Counted from the first letter of the stretch, positions 18,559 through 28,058 are shown. The stretch is DNA of 64,000 nucleotides from an uncultured Clostridia bacterium (GCA_965120485.1 CBCPNG010000022.1:1457-65456); one strand, 5' to 3'. Notes: generated by a model from the sequence alone, not told the origin. Numbers and translations are program-made.

Positions 18559-20784
18559 TTATTCATTGCGGCGCTTACCGACATTTACAATGTGTACAAT
18601 TATAGCACCCACTACGATTTCGCCGGCAATACAAGCCCAAATTACGTAGTGTATGAAATAATTGCCGCTGGTTACGTCTGTACTTTCGTCAGTTTCGCCA
18701 CCGTCCTCGCCTACATCGGATTGGTCGCCGCCCTCTTCCGTCACGGAATTTATTTCCGTCTTGGTTTTGCCGCATACCGTGCAGGTATATGTTATATTTC
18801 CCTCACCCGTTTCTTCGCCGTCGTTCCATGTGTGGGATACGCTATCGGTAAAAGTGCCGCACGTAGTGCAAACCTGCCAGTGATTAGTATTATCGCTGCA
18901 CCAATCAGAGGAATAACTATGCTCGCCAAATTCACCGTATTCTTTACCGCACACACCGCATACGGCTTTGGATATGCATGTAGAATATCCGCCGCTGTGC
19001 GCCGATACAATAATGGTAATCTCTGCCTCTATTGAATTATAGTTATCTGTATCATTAGGCACAAATATTGCGGTAAAGCTATATTCCCCTGCTTCGCCCA
19101 CGGAGGTTGAGACGTCGTCCTTCCAACTCCATGTTCCGTCTTGGGTATTGTAAGAACTCAAATCTATATCCGAAAGGATACTGCCCTCACAGACGGTGAA
19201 TAACGTCGGCGCAGTGTATGCAGGCGTAGCCTTGGATATTACTACCATGAATGAAACTGTTGTTTCATAGTAGTATGTTTTAGTATTAAGGTCGAGATAT
19301 TCGGTTAAGAAAGTTGCAGTGACATTGTATGACCCTGCATTGACGGGCAAATCGTATCCGATTACTGAGGTATCGTTTACGTTGGTATAGCTATATGACA
19401 CCGCGACGCTTTCGACGTCTACGGGATTATAACTTTCACCGTATGTCACAGATATGTTTATACCATTAAGAGAAGCTGCTCCGTCTTTATACACGGCATA
19501 GGGAAAAGCTTCACTGTAACCAGAATCGTTGTAGTGATTGTCTGCGCTTATATCGAGCGCGATATATATTGTATCGCCGCCGTCTGTAAGCCAGCCGTCG
19601 TCCACCGAGCCGTTTGCCGTTTCAGAGAGATACCCGCCGCTTATGGTTATTCTGCCTTCGGCGCTTGAAGAGTTATAGACTGTTCCGTCTAAATAGCCGC
19701 CCGTCATGGAAAATGTACCCCTGTAAGCGCGGGCGGTATAGACATAAACGCCGCTGCCATTGGATTGGACGGAATTTTTGCCTGAGCTTCCTATTAAAGT
19801 ATTGCCCGAGATAGTGCCGCCAGACATATTGAACGCGCCGCCAACACTCGTACCATAGCTTATATCGCTGTAATTGCCGGAATTGACATACACGCCTGCG
19901 CCGCTTCTTGCAGAATTACCCGTTATAGCGCCGCACTCCATGTTCAGCGTGCCGTTTGTAACGTTCACTCCGCCGCCGCTGCTGGTCGCCGTATTTTCTG
20001 ATATACAGCCGCCGCTCATATTGAATATGCCGTCGCCGTTGACGCGCACACCGCCGCCGCTGCCGCCGCCTGTGCCGCCCTCGCCCTCTCCGGTAGCAAG
20101 GTTGCCGAAAATACAGCCGCCCGACATATTGAACGTGCCGCCGCCTACATACACTCCTGCGCCGTAGCCATCGTATGTTGTTCCGTTGAAAGTGCCGCCT
20201 ACCGAATTACCGGCAATAGCGCCGCCGACCATATTAAAAGAGCCGCCATACATATATATGCCGCCGCCGCGGATTGTGGGGTCTGTTACAGACGAGTCGT
20301 CGGCAATTCCAGTGCCGCCCGTTATTACGCCGCCATAGAATGTGCTATGTGATGAGTGACCGTCGCATCCGTCATCGCAAAAAACATATGCTCCGTTATC
20401 CACCTTATAGTAATTGTGACTATAATCCGCGTCACCCTCACGGCAATCATACAGAGTAAGGTTTGCACCATCTAATATAGTGATAACGGCGCCGTTGCCA
20501 GCACCTTTTAGAATATAGCCGTTGAGACAAAGGGTTACATTACCGCTTACCGTTATATTTTCGTTAAGAGACAAATTGCCGCTTAGGTAATAAAAACCTT
20601 CTGACAGCTCGCCTCCTCCTTCAAGTTCTTTCCATGTTGCGTCGCTGTCGGCGCCATGGGTATGCGCTTCCGCCTCTTCCGCATAAAATTTCTTCACTGC
20701 GAGAATGTTGACCAGAACCAAGCACACCACAGCCAGCACCGCGCACAACACTAAAACTGTGCGTTTGCCTAACTTATGTGCCAT
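18559..20784 (-). CDS. large membrane-anchored surface protein: signal/anchor, parallel beta-helix-type repeats, two MBG-like domains, Cys/His-rich module, C-terminal TM
   Basis: Start set at MAHKLGKRT, which has AGGAGGAAAAA upstream. At least 6 repeats of ..G(G/T)FNMSGG.I.GN.. are present, along with GSYNVTATF and GEYSFTAIF segments and CGVCGKEYGEFGEHS..HWQVCTTCG. C-terminal TM followed by GKRRNE. No LPXTG or SLH motif seen. Confidence 0.8.
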   Translation of the reverse strand: MAHKLGKRTVLVLCAVLAVVCLVLVNILAVKKFYAEEAEAHTHGADSDATWKELEGGGELSEGFYYLSGNLSLNENITVSGNVTLCLNGYILKGAGNGAVITILDGANLTLYDCREGDADYSHNYYKVDNGAYVFCDDGCDGHSSHSTFYGGVITGGTGIADDSSVTDPTIRGGGIYMYGGSFNMVGGAIAGNSVGGTFNGTTYDGYGAGVYVGGGTFNMSGGCIFGNLATGEGEGGTGGGSGGGVRVNGDGIFNMSGGCISENTATSSGGGVNVTNGTLNMECGAITGNSARSGAGVYVNSGNYSDISYGTSVGGAFNMSGGTISGNTLIGSSGKNSVQSNGSGVYVYTARAYRGTFSMTGGYLDGTVYNSSSAEGRITISGGYLSETANGSVDDGWLTDGGDTIYIALDISADNHYNDSGYSEAFPYAVYKDGAASLNGINISVTYGESYNPVDVESVAVSYSYTNVNDTSVIGYDLPVNAGSYNVTATFLTEYLDLNTKTYYYETTVSFMVVISKATPAYTAPTLFTVCEGSILSDIDLSSYNTQDGTWSWKDDVSTSVGEAGEYSFTAIFVPNDTDNYNSIEAEITIIVSAHSGGYSTCISKAVCGVCGKEYGEFGEHSYSSDWCSDNTNHWQVCTTCGTFTDSVSHTWNDGEETGEGNITYTCTVCGKTKTEINSVTEEGGDQSDVGEDGGETDESTDVTSGNYFIHYVIWACIAGEIVVGAIIVHIVNVGKRRNE

Positions 20785-20947
20785 TTTTTCCTCCTGTAAA
20801 TAACAACATAATATATTAAATGCCTGATACAGAAGGAACGGCAAACCGACTTTTTGTATTTTTTATAGACTTATTTTAAAATCTATTGTCGGATAATTTC
20901 GAAAAGTGACGACCTCCGACCAATGAGGGTAAAAATTACATGAAAAA

Positions 20948-20977
20948 GAGCAGTCCGACAAAAAATGCAAACTGCTC
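20948..20977 (-). terminator. intrinsic terminator after the EFR1/SDR operon
   Basis: On the minus strand, the GAGCAGT..ACTGCTC stem is followed by TTTTTCA. Confidence 0.55.
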
Positions 20978-21041
20978 AATTAATTTTATTGCGCCGCATA
21001 TATACGGACATATGTGGCGGCACTGATATGTGCATATAATT

Positions 21042-21944
21042 TTAGTTTTCGGCGACGGGAGATTTATCTTCGCCGTCATTCAAGTACACTGAATTGTGTA
21101 AGCCGTTTTCGGCTTTGCGGAAATATCTTAAATATGAGTGTCTGCAATATGCGCAGACCTCTTCATCGGTGGCAGGAACGCCGTTGTAGGAATATTCGCC
21201 GTTGACACGCCAACTGTCGAGCACGCCTATGCGTATGGCGTCGGTCGGGCATGTGAAGGCGCACTTCATACAGCCGACGCACTCCTTGCCGAATACCGGA
21301 CGTTCGCAGGCAAGGGTTATGTTTTTCTGCGGACAGCCGCGCGCGCATTTGCCGCAACCTATGCAGGATTCGGTGGACTTGAAATATCTGCCTATGATTG
21401 GCATTGCCGGGTGTTCTATGCGGAGTATGAAAGAAAACAAACGCTTAAAAATGCCTTTACCAAGTTTTCCACGGTTGCCAGCGAGCATTTCGCGCGCGTC
21501 GCCAGGTATGCGCATCTGCGCAGCGCGCCACATTCTTGCCGCCATTCCGTCTGAATGGCGGAAGATTATGTTATACGGCATTACATAGTGATATTCGCCT
21601 GCTACGGTGTAACCCCTTTTTTTGAGTATGGAGTACAGCCTTGCGCAGGAGCCGTCGTTGAGCTTTAAAGGCTCGCCTGACGTCTTTACAAAGTATACAA
21701 GTCGGTTGCCTTTGCAACGCGGAAACTTTTTTAAAAAATCAGCCACGGGCTCGGGCGCGTTGAAAGCGTGTACGGGGTATCCTATTACAATTCTGTCGAA
21801 TAAGTTGGGGTCGCGCAGTTCGCAGTCCTTTGTTATGGATACATATTTGCAATCTACGCCCGACTTGCACCACTCTTCCATAATGGCGCGGCAAACTCTA
21901 TCGGTATTTCCCGTGCCTGAAAAAACATTAAAAATCGCCCTCAT
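21042..21944 (-). CDS. EFR1-family ferredoxin (flavodoxin-like N-domain plus 2x[4Fe-4S] domain)
   Basis: FSGTGNTDRV flavodoxin-type N-terminus, with CIGCGKCARGCP and CVGCMKCAFTCP cluster motifs. Confidence 0.8.
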   Translation of the reverse strand: MRAIFNVFSGTGNTDRVCRAIMEEWCKSGVDCKYVSITKDCELRDPNLFDRIVIGYPVHAFNAPEPVADFLKKFPRCKGNRLVYFVKTSGEPLKLNDGSCARLYSILKKRGYTVAGEYHYVMPYNIIFRHSDGMAARMWRAAQMRIPGDAREMLAGNRGKLGKGIFKRLFSFILRIEHPAMPIIGRYFKSTESCIGCGKCARGCPQKNITLACERPVFGKECVGCMKCAFTCPTDAIRIGVLDSWRVNGEYSYNGVPATDEEVCAYCRHSYLRYFRKAENGLHNSVYLNDGEDKSPVAEN

Positions 21945-23488
21945 TGGTCGCTCTCCTCTGAAAGATTTTTGTAGCAGGACTTCCAGTCTTTATCAAACCA
22001 GTATGAATAATTTTCTTCACGCGAGTGACTGTCGTACCACACCTGCGCATAGAACGGCATCTTTTTTGCAAGTTTATCGTAATTCCACGGATGAGGCTGG
22101 CACTCGGGACACCAGTGACCGCCCTTTAAAACGGTGTACGGCGTGGCAGAAAAATTATGCCCCTCACAACACTGCCAAAGCAGTTTGTGGTATGGCGATG
22201 TAACCATCTGCGTGGAGAGGCACCTGCCTCCGCGAAAATTTGCGGCGGCGTTCATATCTTCAAGCGACCATTTTTCAACGGGCTTATCTTCGTCGTAGCC
22301 GTGCGATAAAAGTTTTTCTTTGAATACCTCTTCGGGGTACTCTTCCAACGCGCCCATTGCCGACCTATCTATAATTTCAAAGTACCTCCACTTCTTGGGA
22401 AGGGCAAGGGCTTGCTCTCTGCTTCCGAAGAATGCGTTAACCCTGCCCTCGTCATTTTCCTTCATCCAGCGACGAGGCGCGTTTTTGTCACGCAGTAACC
22501 GCTTGAACACAAACAGTCTTATCAGCGCAGGAGGAAGTATGCGCGCAAGCCTGAATACCCTGTATTTTTTGCCGATAGCTTTCCAAAACCCCTTGACGGT
22601 ATCTCTGCGGTAGCCGAAGAACTTGTCCAGCTCGCCGCCGTCGGCGTACCAAAGCCCGTGGAAGTTGCGCGTAGAGCACCAGCAGGGACGGAAAAACGAC
22701 TTTGGAGAGCCGCCCATGATAGAAAATCCGTCTGCAAAAGTATCGTAGCCTGTGCGGCGGTTGGCTGCGCCGCCCGAAATATCGTATATCTTGTTCCAGA
22801 ATTGTGCAACCTCGCCCCTGTAATCGCGCTCTATAATGCGCTTTATAAGGTAGCCGCTGTCGCGCGCGGTGACCCACTCTAACGGACCGTTGAGCGTGGC
22901 ATGGAAGAGCAGACCGTCGCTTATGTTGGAAAAGATTATATCGGGGTGGAGCATTGCCGTCTGGCGGAGTACCGCCCAGCAACTGAGCCCGCTTTCGAGC
23001 ACATACCTTTCAGCAATAAGTTTGTGCATGGCGTATGCGTCGTATACGCTGGGCAGAAGCGGGTCGCCCACCCTGCCCCACGGGTGCGCCGCAGTGCGGT
23101 TGCCATACAGCGCAACCGTTGAAACATGTATGAATTTAGGCTGCCTTTGGGCTGCCGCCACGGCGTCTGTGAGGCGCATGGTGCCCAGCTGGTTACATTG
23201 GTAGCTGTTCTGCGCGCTCTTATCGGAAGCGGGCGGAATTACAGCCGCCATATTTATAACGTAGTCTGTACCGAGGATAAGTTCTTCGCAGGCGGAAGCT
23301 TCGGATAGACTGCCGCGGACTATATATATTCTTCCGCCATATCTTTTTTTGAGCCTGCGCACAAGTCTGTTGTGCTTTTTTTTGGGAGTTATGAGCACCC
23401 TTACCTCGTTGACGAAATCAAGTTCGAGCGTCTGCGAGAGCGCCTCCGCCCCCATATTGCCGCTTACGCCCGTCATTGCAATCTTCAT
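21941..23488 (-). CDS. NAD(P)-dependent epimerase/dehydratase-family (extended SDR) protein with an unassigned ~200-aa C-terminal domain
   Basis: MKIAMTGVSGNMG Rossmann motif. The C-terminal part contains CCEGH..HWCPEC. Start set at MKIAMTG. The stop overlaps the EFR1 start by 4 nt. Confidence 0.72.
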   Translation of the reverse strand: MKIAMTGVSGNMGAEALSQTLELDFVNEVRVLITPKKKHNRLVRRLKKRYGGRIYIVRGSLSEASACEELILGTDYVINMAAVIPPASDKSAQNSYQCNQLGTMRLTDAVAAAQRQPKFIHVSTVALYGNRTAAHPWGRVGDPLLPSVYDAYAMHKLIAERYVLESGLSCWAVLRQTAMLHPDIIFSNISDGLLFHATLNGPLEWVTARDSGYLIKRIIERDYRGEVAQFWNKIYDISGGAANRRTGYDTFADGFSIMGGSPKSFFRPCWCSTRNFHGLWYADGGELDKFFGYRRDTVKGFWKAIGKKYRVFRLARILPPALIRLFVFKRLLRDKNAPRRWMKENDEGRVNAFFGSREQALALPKKWRYFEIIDRSAMGALEEYPEEVFKEKLLSHGYDEDKPVEKWSLEDMNAAANFRGGRCLSTQMVTSPYHKLLWQCCEGHNFSATPYTVLKGGHWCPECQPHPWNYDKLAKKMPFYAQVWYDSHSREENYSYWFDKDWKSCYKNLSEESDQ

Positions 23489-23700
23489 TGGTATAAAATC
23501 CTCTCGATTATTGATACAGCGCAACGCACCATTGTATTATCAATTGTGCATTATAACATTTAATTTAAAAAAAGACAAATAAATGCGGCATGGTTAAATA
23601 AGTATATTACCACATGTGCTGTTGTGCAATGCGGCAACTGCGCATATGCAAATATGAGAAGCGGCGAACGAACAAATAAAGCGGACGAAAAAATTAAAAG

Positions 23701-23721
23701 GGACTGCTTATTTCGCAGTCC
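23701..23721 (-). terminator. intrinsic terminator after pstB
   Basis: On the minus strand, the GGACTGC..GCAGTCC stem is followed by CTTTTAATTTTTT. Confidence 0.65.
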
Positions 23722-23757
23722 TTTTTGTGGTACAGAATGTGTTATGCGACGGTATAA

Positions 23758-24606
23758 TCAACCAAATCTGCCGTTGATGTAGTCGTCCGTCTTTTTGTTT
23801 TTGGGGTGCGCCCAGAGCTCCTTTGTGTCGTTCATCTCCACCATTTCGCCGAGGAGGAAGAAGGCGGTTTTATCGGAAATTCTGAACGCCTGCTGCATGT
23901 TGTGGGTGACCATTACGATTGTAACCTTGTTTTTAAGTTCAGCGCAGAGCTCCTCTATCTTACCCGTCGAGATGGGGTCGAGCGCCGAGGTAGGTTCGTC
24001 CATCAACAGTATCTGCGGCTCTACCGCAAGGGCGCGGGCTATGCACAGCCTTTGCTGTTGACCGCCCGAAAGACCGAGCGCCGATTTGCCGAGCCTGTCT
24101 TTGAGTTCCTCCCACATGGCGGCGCCGCGCAGAGATGTTTCGACAATGCCGTCGAGAACAGATTTAGAGCGGATGCCGAACGTACGGGGACCGTAGGTTA
24201 TGTTGTCGTAGACGCTCATGGCGAGAGGATTCGGGCGTTGGAACACCATGCCGACGTTCTTTCTGAGCATGGCGAGGTCGGTTTTGCGGTCGTAAATATC
24301 GGTATCGCCGATTTTAATTTCGCCCGTGATTTTACAGCCTTCGACGAGGTCGTTCATGCGGTTGAGCGACTTTAAGAGAGTGGACTTGCCGCAACCCGAC
24401 GGGCCGATGAACGCCGTTATCTTTTTTTCGGGAATATCCATATTGATATTTTTCAGCGCATGGAAGCTCCCGTAATAGAGGTTCATGTTTTTTATTTTTA
24501 TGGCGAGCCCGTCCTCTATATTGAAATTTTCGACGTTCCTCTGCTTGTGGCGTGTGTTTTCTTCGGCGCCTTCTTCAAGCTGTCTTTTTTTTCTTTTTAT
24601 AAACAT
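23758..24606 (-). CDS. pstB: phosphate ABC transporter ATP-binding protein
   Basis: GPSGCGKST Walker [15 protein letters not shown] signature and [11 protein letters not shown] Walker B. N-terminal extension of about 30 aa. Confidence 0.94.
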   Translation of the reverse strand: MFIKRKKRQLEEGAEENTRHKQRNVENFNIEDGLAIKIKNMNLYYGSFHALKNINMDIPEKKITAFIGPSGCGKSTLLKSLNRMNDLVEGCKITGEIKIGDTDIYDRKTDLAMLRKNVGMVFQRPNPLAMSVYDNITYGPRTFGIRSKSVLDGIVETSLRGAAMWEELKDRLGKSALGLSGGQQQRLCIARALAVEPQILLMDEPTSALDPISTGKIEELCAELKNKVTIVMVTHNMQQAFRISDKTAFFLLGEMVEMNDTKELWAHPKNKKTDDYINGRFG

Positions 24607-24627
24607 TGCGATTATTCCCTTTTTTTC

Positions 24628-26565
24628 TCATTCTTCGAGGGCGGAAACACCGTCCCCACATTGTTTTTGCTTGGATTTTGACCTTGTAAACAGCCCTTTG
24701 AGCTTTGAAAAAGCCTGCTTTATTGCAAGTATGGGGTGGGGTTTGCCCCTGTCTTTATCGCCCAGCCGCTCTACAAGAGTGACTAATAGGTTTAGTATGA
24801 TTACTACGGCGAGCAACACTACCGCCGTGGCATAGCACTGACCGAAACCGAGCCCCTCGTTCATAAACTTATACATATATACGGCGAACGTGGAGCCTGA
24901 CGAGAAGTATCCGCCAGGCATTGTGATTACATTGCCTGCCGTGAAGATGAGCGCGGCGCTCTCTGATACGATTTTGCCTATCGAGAGAATTACAGAGGTT
25001 ATGATGCCTGCGAGCGCGGAGGGCAAAACTACCTTAAATATTGTGCGAAGTTTGCCTGCGCCGAGGGCGAGAGAGGCTTCCCTCATGCTGTCTGGCACTT
25101 CTGAAAGGGACTGCTCGACCGACCTTATTATGGTAGGAAGTATGATAAGAGCCATTATTATACTGCCGCCGAACAGTGTGTAGCCAATGTTTTGCGTGAA
25201 CACGAGGTAGCCGAACAGACCGAATACTATCGAGGGTATACCTGCGAGCGTATCTACGAAAACTCTTACGATTTTTACAAACACACTGTTCTTTTTGGCG
25301 TATTCGTTGAGGTATATTGCCGCTCCAATTCCGAGCGGAAGCGCGATTGCAAGCGCAAGCAGGATAACCATGCCCGTAGATACAAACGCAGGCGCAAGCG
25401 TGGTATGCCCGTTGCGGCTTGTGCCGAACAGGAAGTCGAACGACAGATTGCCCACGCCGTTTATTACTATATAGCCGACGATTATAAGTAAAACGGCGGC
25501 AACTATTGCCGAAATAATGTAGGAGAGTATCCATAAAACGTCTTGCACACTGCCCGTTTTGCGGTAGCTTAAAGAGGTTTTTATGGTGTCTGCCTCGCCC
25601 TTTATGCGGCGCGTGAAGTAGGCGTTGCCGCCGCCCTTGCCGCCTCGGCGGATTGCCATTATGCAGAGGTTTATTATAAGTATGAATACGAGCAGAACAA
25701 AGCCGCACGCCATGAATACCGCCTTTTTATCGTCTGAGGCGTAGCCGAATTCCTGCACCATTTTAGAGGTGAGGGTGGCAAAGCCCGAAAACAGCCCCGA
25801 AGGGTAGCCGTTTGTGGTGTTGCCTATGACGAACTGTACAGCCATTGTTTCGCCTATCGCCCTGCCCATGCCGAGAATGAGCGCGGCGATTATGCCCTTT
25901 TTGGCGGCAGGTACGCATACCTTGAACACCGCCTGATTTTTACTGCAACCGAGCGCTAGCGCGCCCTCGTAATAGTTAGAGGGCACAGCCTCTAAACTGT
26001 TGCGCGCAACAGAGGCAACGGTTGGAATCATCATTATGGAGAGCACCATGGTGCCAGCCAGAATACCCGTTGTGGACGCCACGCCCGAAATTTTTTGCAA
26101 CAACGGAAGTATTGCCGCCATGCCGAAGAAGCCGTATATTATGGAGGGGATGCCTGCAAGCAGGTTGATAAACTGCGTATATATGCCTTTGAGCTTTTTG
26201 GGGCAGTAGTATGCCATAAATATCGCCACAAATACGCCCAGAGTGCCGCCCACCGCAACCGAGCAGACGGTGAGCACTATGGTGCTGACTATCATAGGAA
26301 GTATGCCGAACGAACTGTCTTGATACGACTGCGAAGAGCCCGTATTCCATTCCGTGCCGAATAACAGTTTAAAGAAGCCCACTTCGCTGAATGGTTCTAT
26401 GCTGGCGGCGAGCAGATAGATGACTATGGTAAACACTGCCACGACAGATACCGCCGCCAGCGCTATGAACACCCACTTTGCTACGTTGTCTTTTTTGAAG
26501 GCTCTTGAAAAGTTTTGCCTTGAAAAGACCTGCGACATTTTTTGTTTAAACGATGCGCTGTTCAT
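24628..26565 (-). CDS. fused phosphate ABC transporter permease PstC-PstA
   Basis: 645 aa with two permease halves, each carrying an EAA-type loop (EGALALGCSKNQAVFKVCVP and EASLALGAGKLRTIFKVVLP). Lies between pstS and pstB. Confidence 0.88.
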   Translation of the reverse strand: MNSASFKQKMSQVFSRQNFSRAFKKDNVAKWVFIALAAVSVVAVFTIVIYLLAASIEPFSEVGFFKLLFGTEWNTGSSQSYQDSSFGILPMIVSTIVLTVCSVAVGGTLGVFVAIFMAYYCPKKLKGIYTQFINLLAGIPSIIYGFFGMAAILPLLQKISGVASTTGILAGTMVLSIMMIPTVASVARNSLEAVPSNYYEGALALGCSKNQAVFKVCVPAAKKGIIAALILGMGRAIGETMAVQFVIGNTTNGYPSGLFSGFATLTSKMVQEFGYASDDKKAVFMACGFVLLVFILIINLCIMAIRRGGKGGGNAYFTRRIKGEADTIKTSLSYRKTGSVQDVLWILSYIISAIVAAVLLIIVGYIVINGVGNLSFDFLFGTSRNGHTTLAPAFVSTGMVILLALAIALPLGIGAAIYLNEYAKKNSVFVKIVRVFVDTLAGIPSIVFGLFGYLVFTQNIGYTLFGGSIIMALIILPTIIRSVEQSLSEVPDSMREASLALGAGKLRTIFKVVLPSALAGIITSVILSIGKIVSESAALIFTAGNVITMPGGYFSSGSTFAVYMYKFMNEGLGFGQCYATAVVLLAVVIILNLLVTLVERLGDKDRGKPHPILAIKQAFSKLKGLFTRSKSKQKQCGDGVSALEE

Positions 26566-26605
26566 AAAATCGTCCTTTAATTCCCGTATTGTTTTTTGCG
26601 CGGAA

Positions 26606-27472
26606 TTATTCTTCGGCGGCTTCGTCGGGCGAAGTTGCCGTGAACGAATACCCTACGGGAACATAACCTTCGTACTGAACTACTGCCTGACCCATATAAC
26701 TTTTTATCCATTCGATAAAGTCCATGGCGTCGTCGCTGATTGTTTCGGGGTTGTACGCAAGCTGGAAGTACCTTGCACAATTATAACTTTTGTTCTGTAT
26801 GTTTTCGACGGAGGGCTCGACAGCGCCGCTTCCGAAATCTATTGAGAGCGCCTTGCAACCCTGTTCGACCGCGCTGGAAAGCGAACCGAGGGAGATATAA
26901 CCTATCATTGAGGAGGTGGCGTCGCTGGCAATCCTGGCTATAAGCGCGCCTGTGGACGACTGTTCGTCTACGCCCGAAGAATAGCTTTCTACGCTGAACA
27001 GAGTTTCGAATGCGTCGCGTGTGCCAGAGCCGTCTTCACGGGTGATTGCGGCGGATATTTTGCCCTGTATAGCCGTGCCTGAGGTATAGAGCGCCTTGAC
27101 CTCTTCCATGGTGACGCTTTCTACCGAACATTTTGCGTTGACGATTAGCGCAATGCCGTCCTGAGCGATGGTGACGGCGGTTATGCCCTTTTCGAGCTCG
27201 CTTTCCCTCACATCGCGCGACGACATACCTATATCTACCGTGCCCGAAATTGCCTCTGAAATGCCCGTGCCGGAGTCGCTTTGGTTGATTGATACGACCT
27301 TGCCCGTCTGCACTTCGTATACGGCGGCGAGAACTTCCATGAGGGGAGTTACCGACGAGGAGCCGCTGACGGTGATGTCGGCTTCGGTTGCACAGCCCGA
27401 AAATGCCGCAACCGAACAGGCGCACGCCGCGCAAGCCGCGGCTACCGCAATGGCTTTACGTATTTTTTTCAT
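26606..27472 (-). CDS. pstS: phosphate-binding lipoprotein PstS
   Basis: Lipobox AAFSGC and an SGSSSVTP phosphate-binding-type motif, in pst operon position. Confidence 0.88.
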   Translation of the reverse strand: MKKIRKAIAVAAACAACACSVAAFSGCATEADITVSGSSSVTPLMEVLAAVYEVQTGKVVSINQSDSGTGISEAISGTVDIGMSSRDVRESELEKGITAVTIAQDGIALIVNAKCSVESVTMEEVKALYTSGTAIQGKISAAITREDGSGTRDAFETLFSVESYSSGVDEQSSTGALIARIASDATSSMIGYISLGSLSSAVEQGCKALSIDFGSGAVEPSVENIQNKSYNCARYFQLAYNPETISDDAMDFIEWIKSYMGQAVVQYEGYVPVGYSFTATSPDEAAEE

Positions 27473-27537
27473 TATTTTTTAACTCCTATTGACCTTATCT
27501 TAGTTTGCCCTTATGCTGATTGAATGATAACAAATAG

Positions 27538-27577
27538 TTGTAAAAAACTTTTACAGCAACTTGTAATAAGGTTGTAA
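27538..27577 (-). promoter_or_regulatory. Pho-box-like phased hexamers upstream of pstS
   Basis: Plus-strand TTGTAA at 27538, 27561 and 27572 (TTACAA on the gene strand), plus TTTACA at 27550. Phasing is 11-12 bp, 65-105 bp upstream of the pstS ATG. Confidence 0.55.
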
Positions 27578-27619
27578 CAAAATAAAATGAGCCTAAATAT
27601 ATTCTGTGCGTGCGCAGGC

Positions 27620-27722
27620 AGGAAGTTGGTCGTACGGTTATTCGGTCGGGCGGCTGGTCAGTCAGTCGGTAGACTGGGCGGTCGGGCGGTTAGTCGGGCG
27701 AGCGGCAGTGGATGGCTGGATA
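27620..27722. repeat. strand-asymmetric G/T-rich degenerate repeat tract
   Basis: GTCGGGCG occurs at 27645, 27681 and 27693, and GGTCGGGCGG occurs twice 36 nt apart. A GTCAGTCAGTCGGT run is also present. There are very few A or C on the plus strand. Confidence 0.6.
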
Positions 27723-28058
27723 GCGCGGATTTTGCCGAAAGAGGAATTTGGAACGAATGATTTATGTATGGTCTGCGGAACATATGACGGACGGCGGCAG
27801 ACAGTTGGTCTGCAAAGCATATGTGCGAAAATCGGACTGTTGCAAGTTGTCTTGCATTTCAGGCTTCCGCCGCACTTAACGTTTTAAGTGCAACGCGGCG
27901 CATATATTGGCGGCATATATGCCTCAATTAACACGCATATGTGCCTCCGCACACATGTTTTAAAATTAATTTATACGCATAAATGCCACGCCGTTAATTT
28001 AACAGTGTGGCATTTATATGCGGCGGAGCGCACGTTTACGTGCGCCCCGTACAATGAT

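Noticed and set aside
25034-25708. A 224-aa minus-strand ORF, out of frame within pstCA.
   Set aside because: Arg/His-rich nonsense composition, same strand but the wrong frame of a clear permease gene, and no SD.
27606-27887. A 93-aa ORF covering the G/T-rich tract upstream of pstS.
   Set aside because: No SD. The GRLV/VGR periodicity simply mirrors the DNA repeat. The remainder has no protein-like features. It is treated as non-coding repeat.
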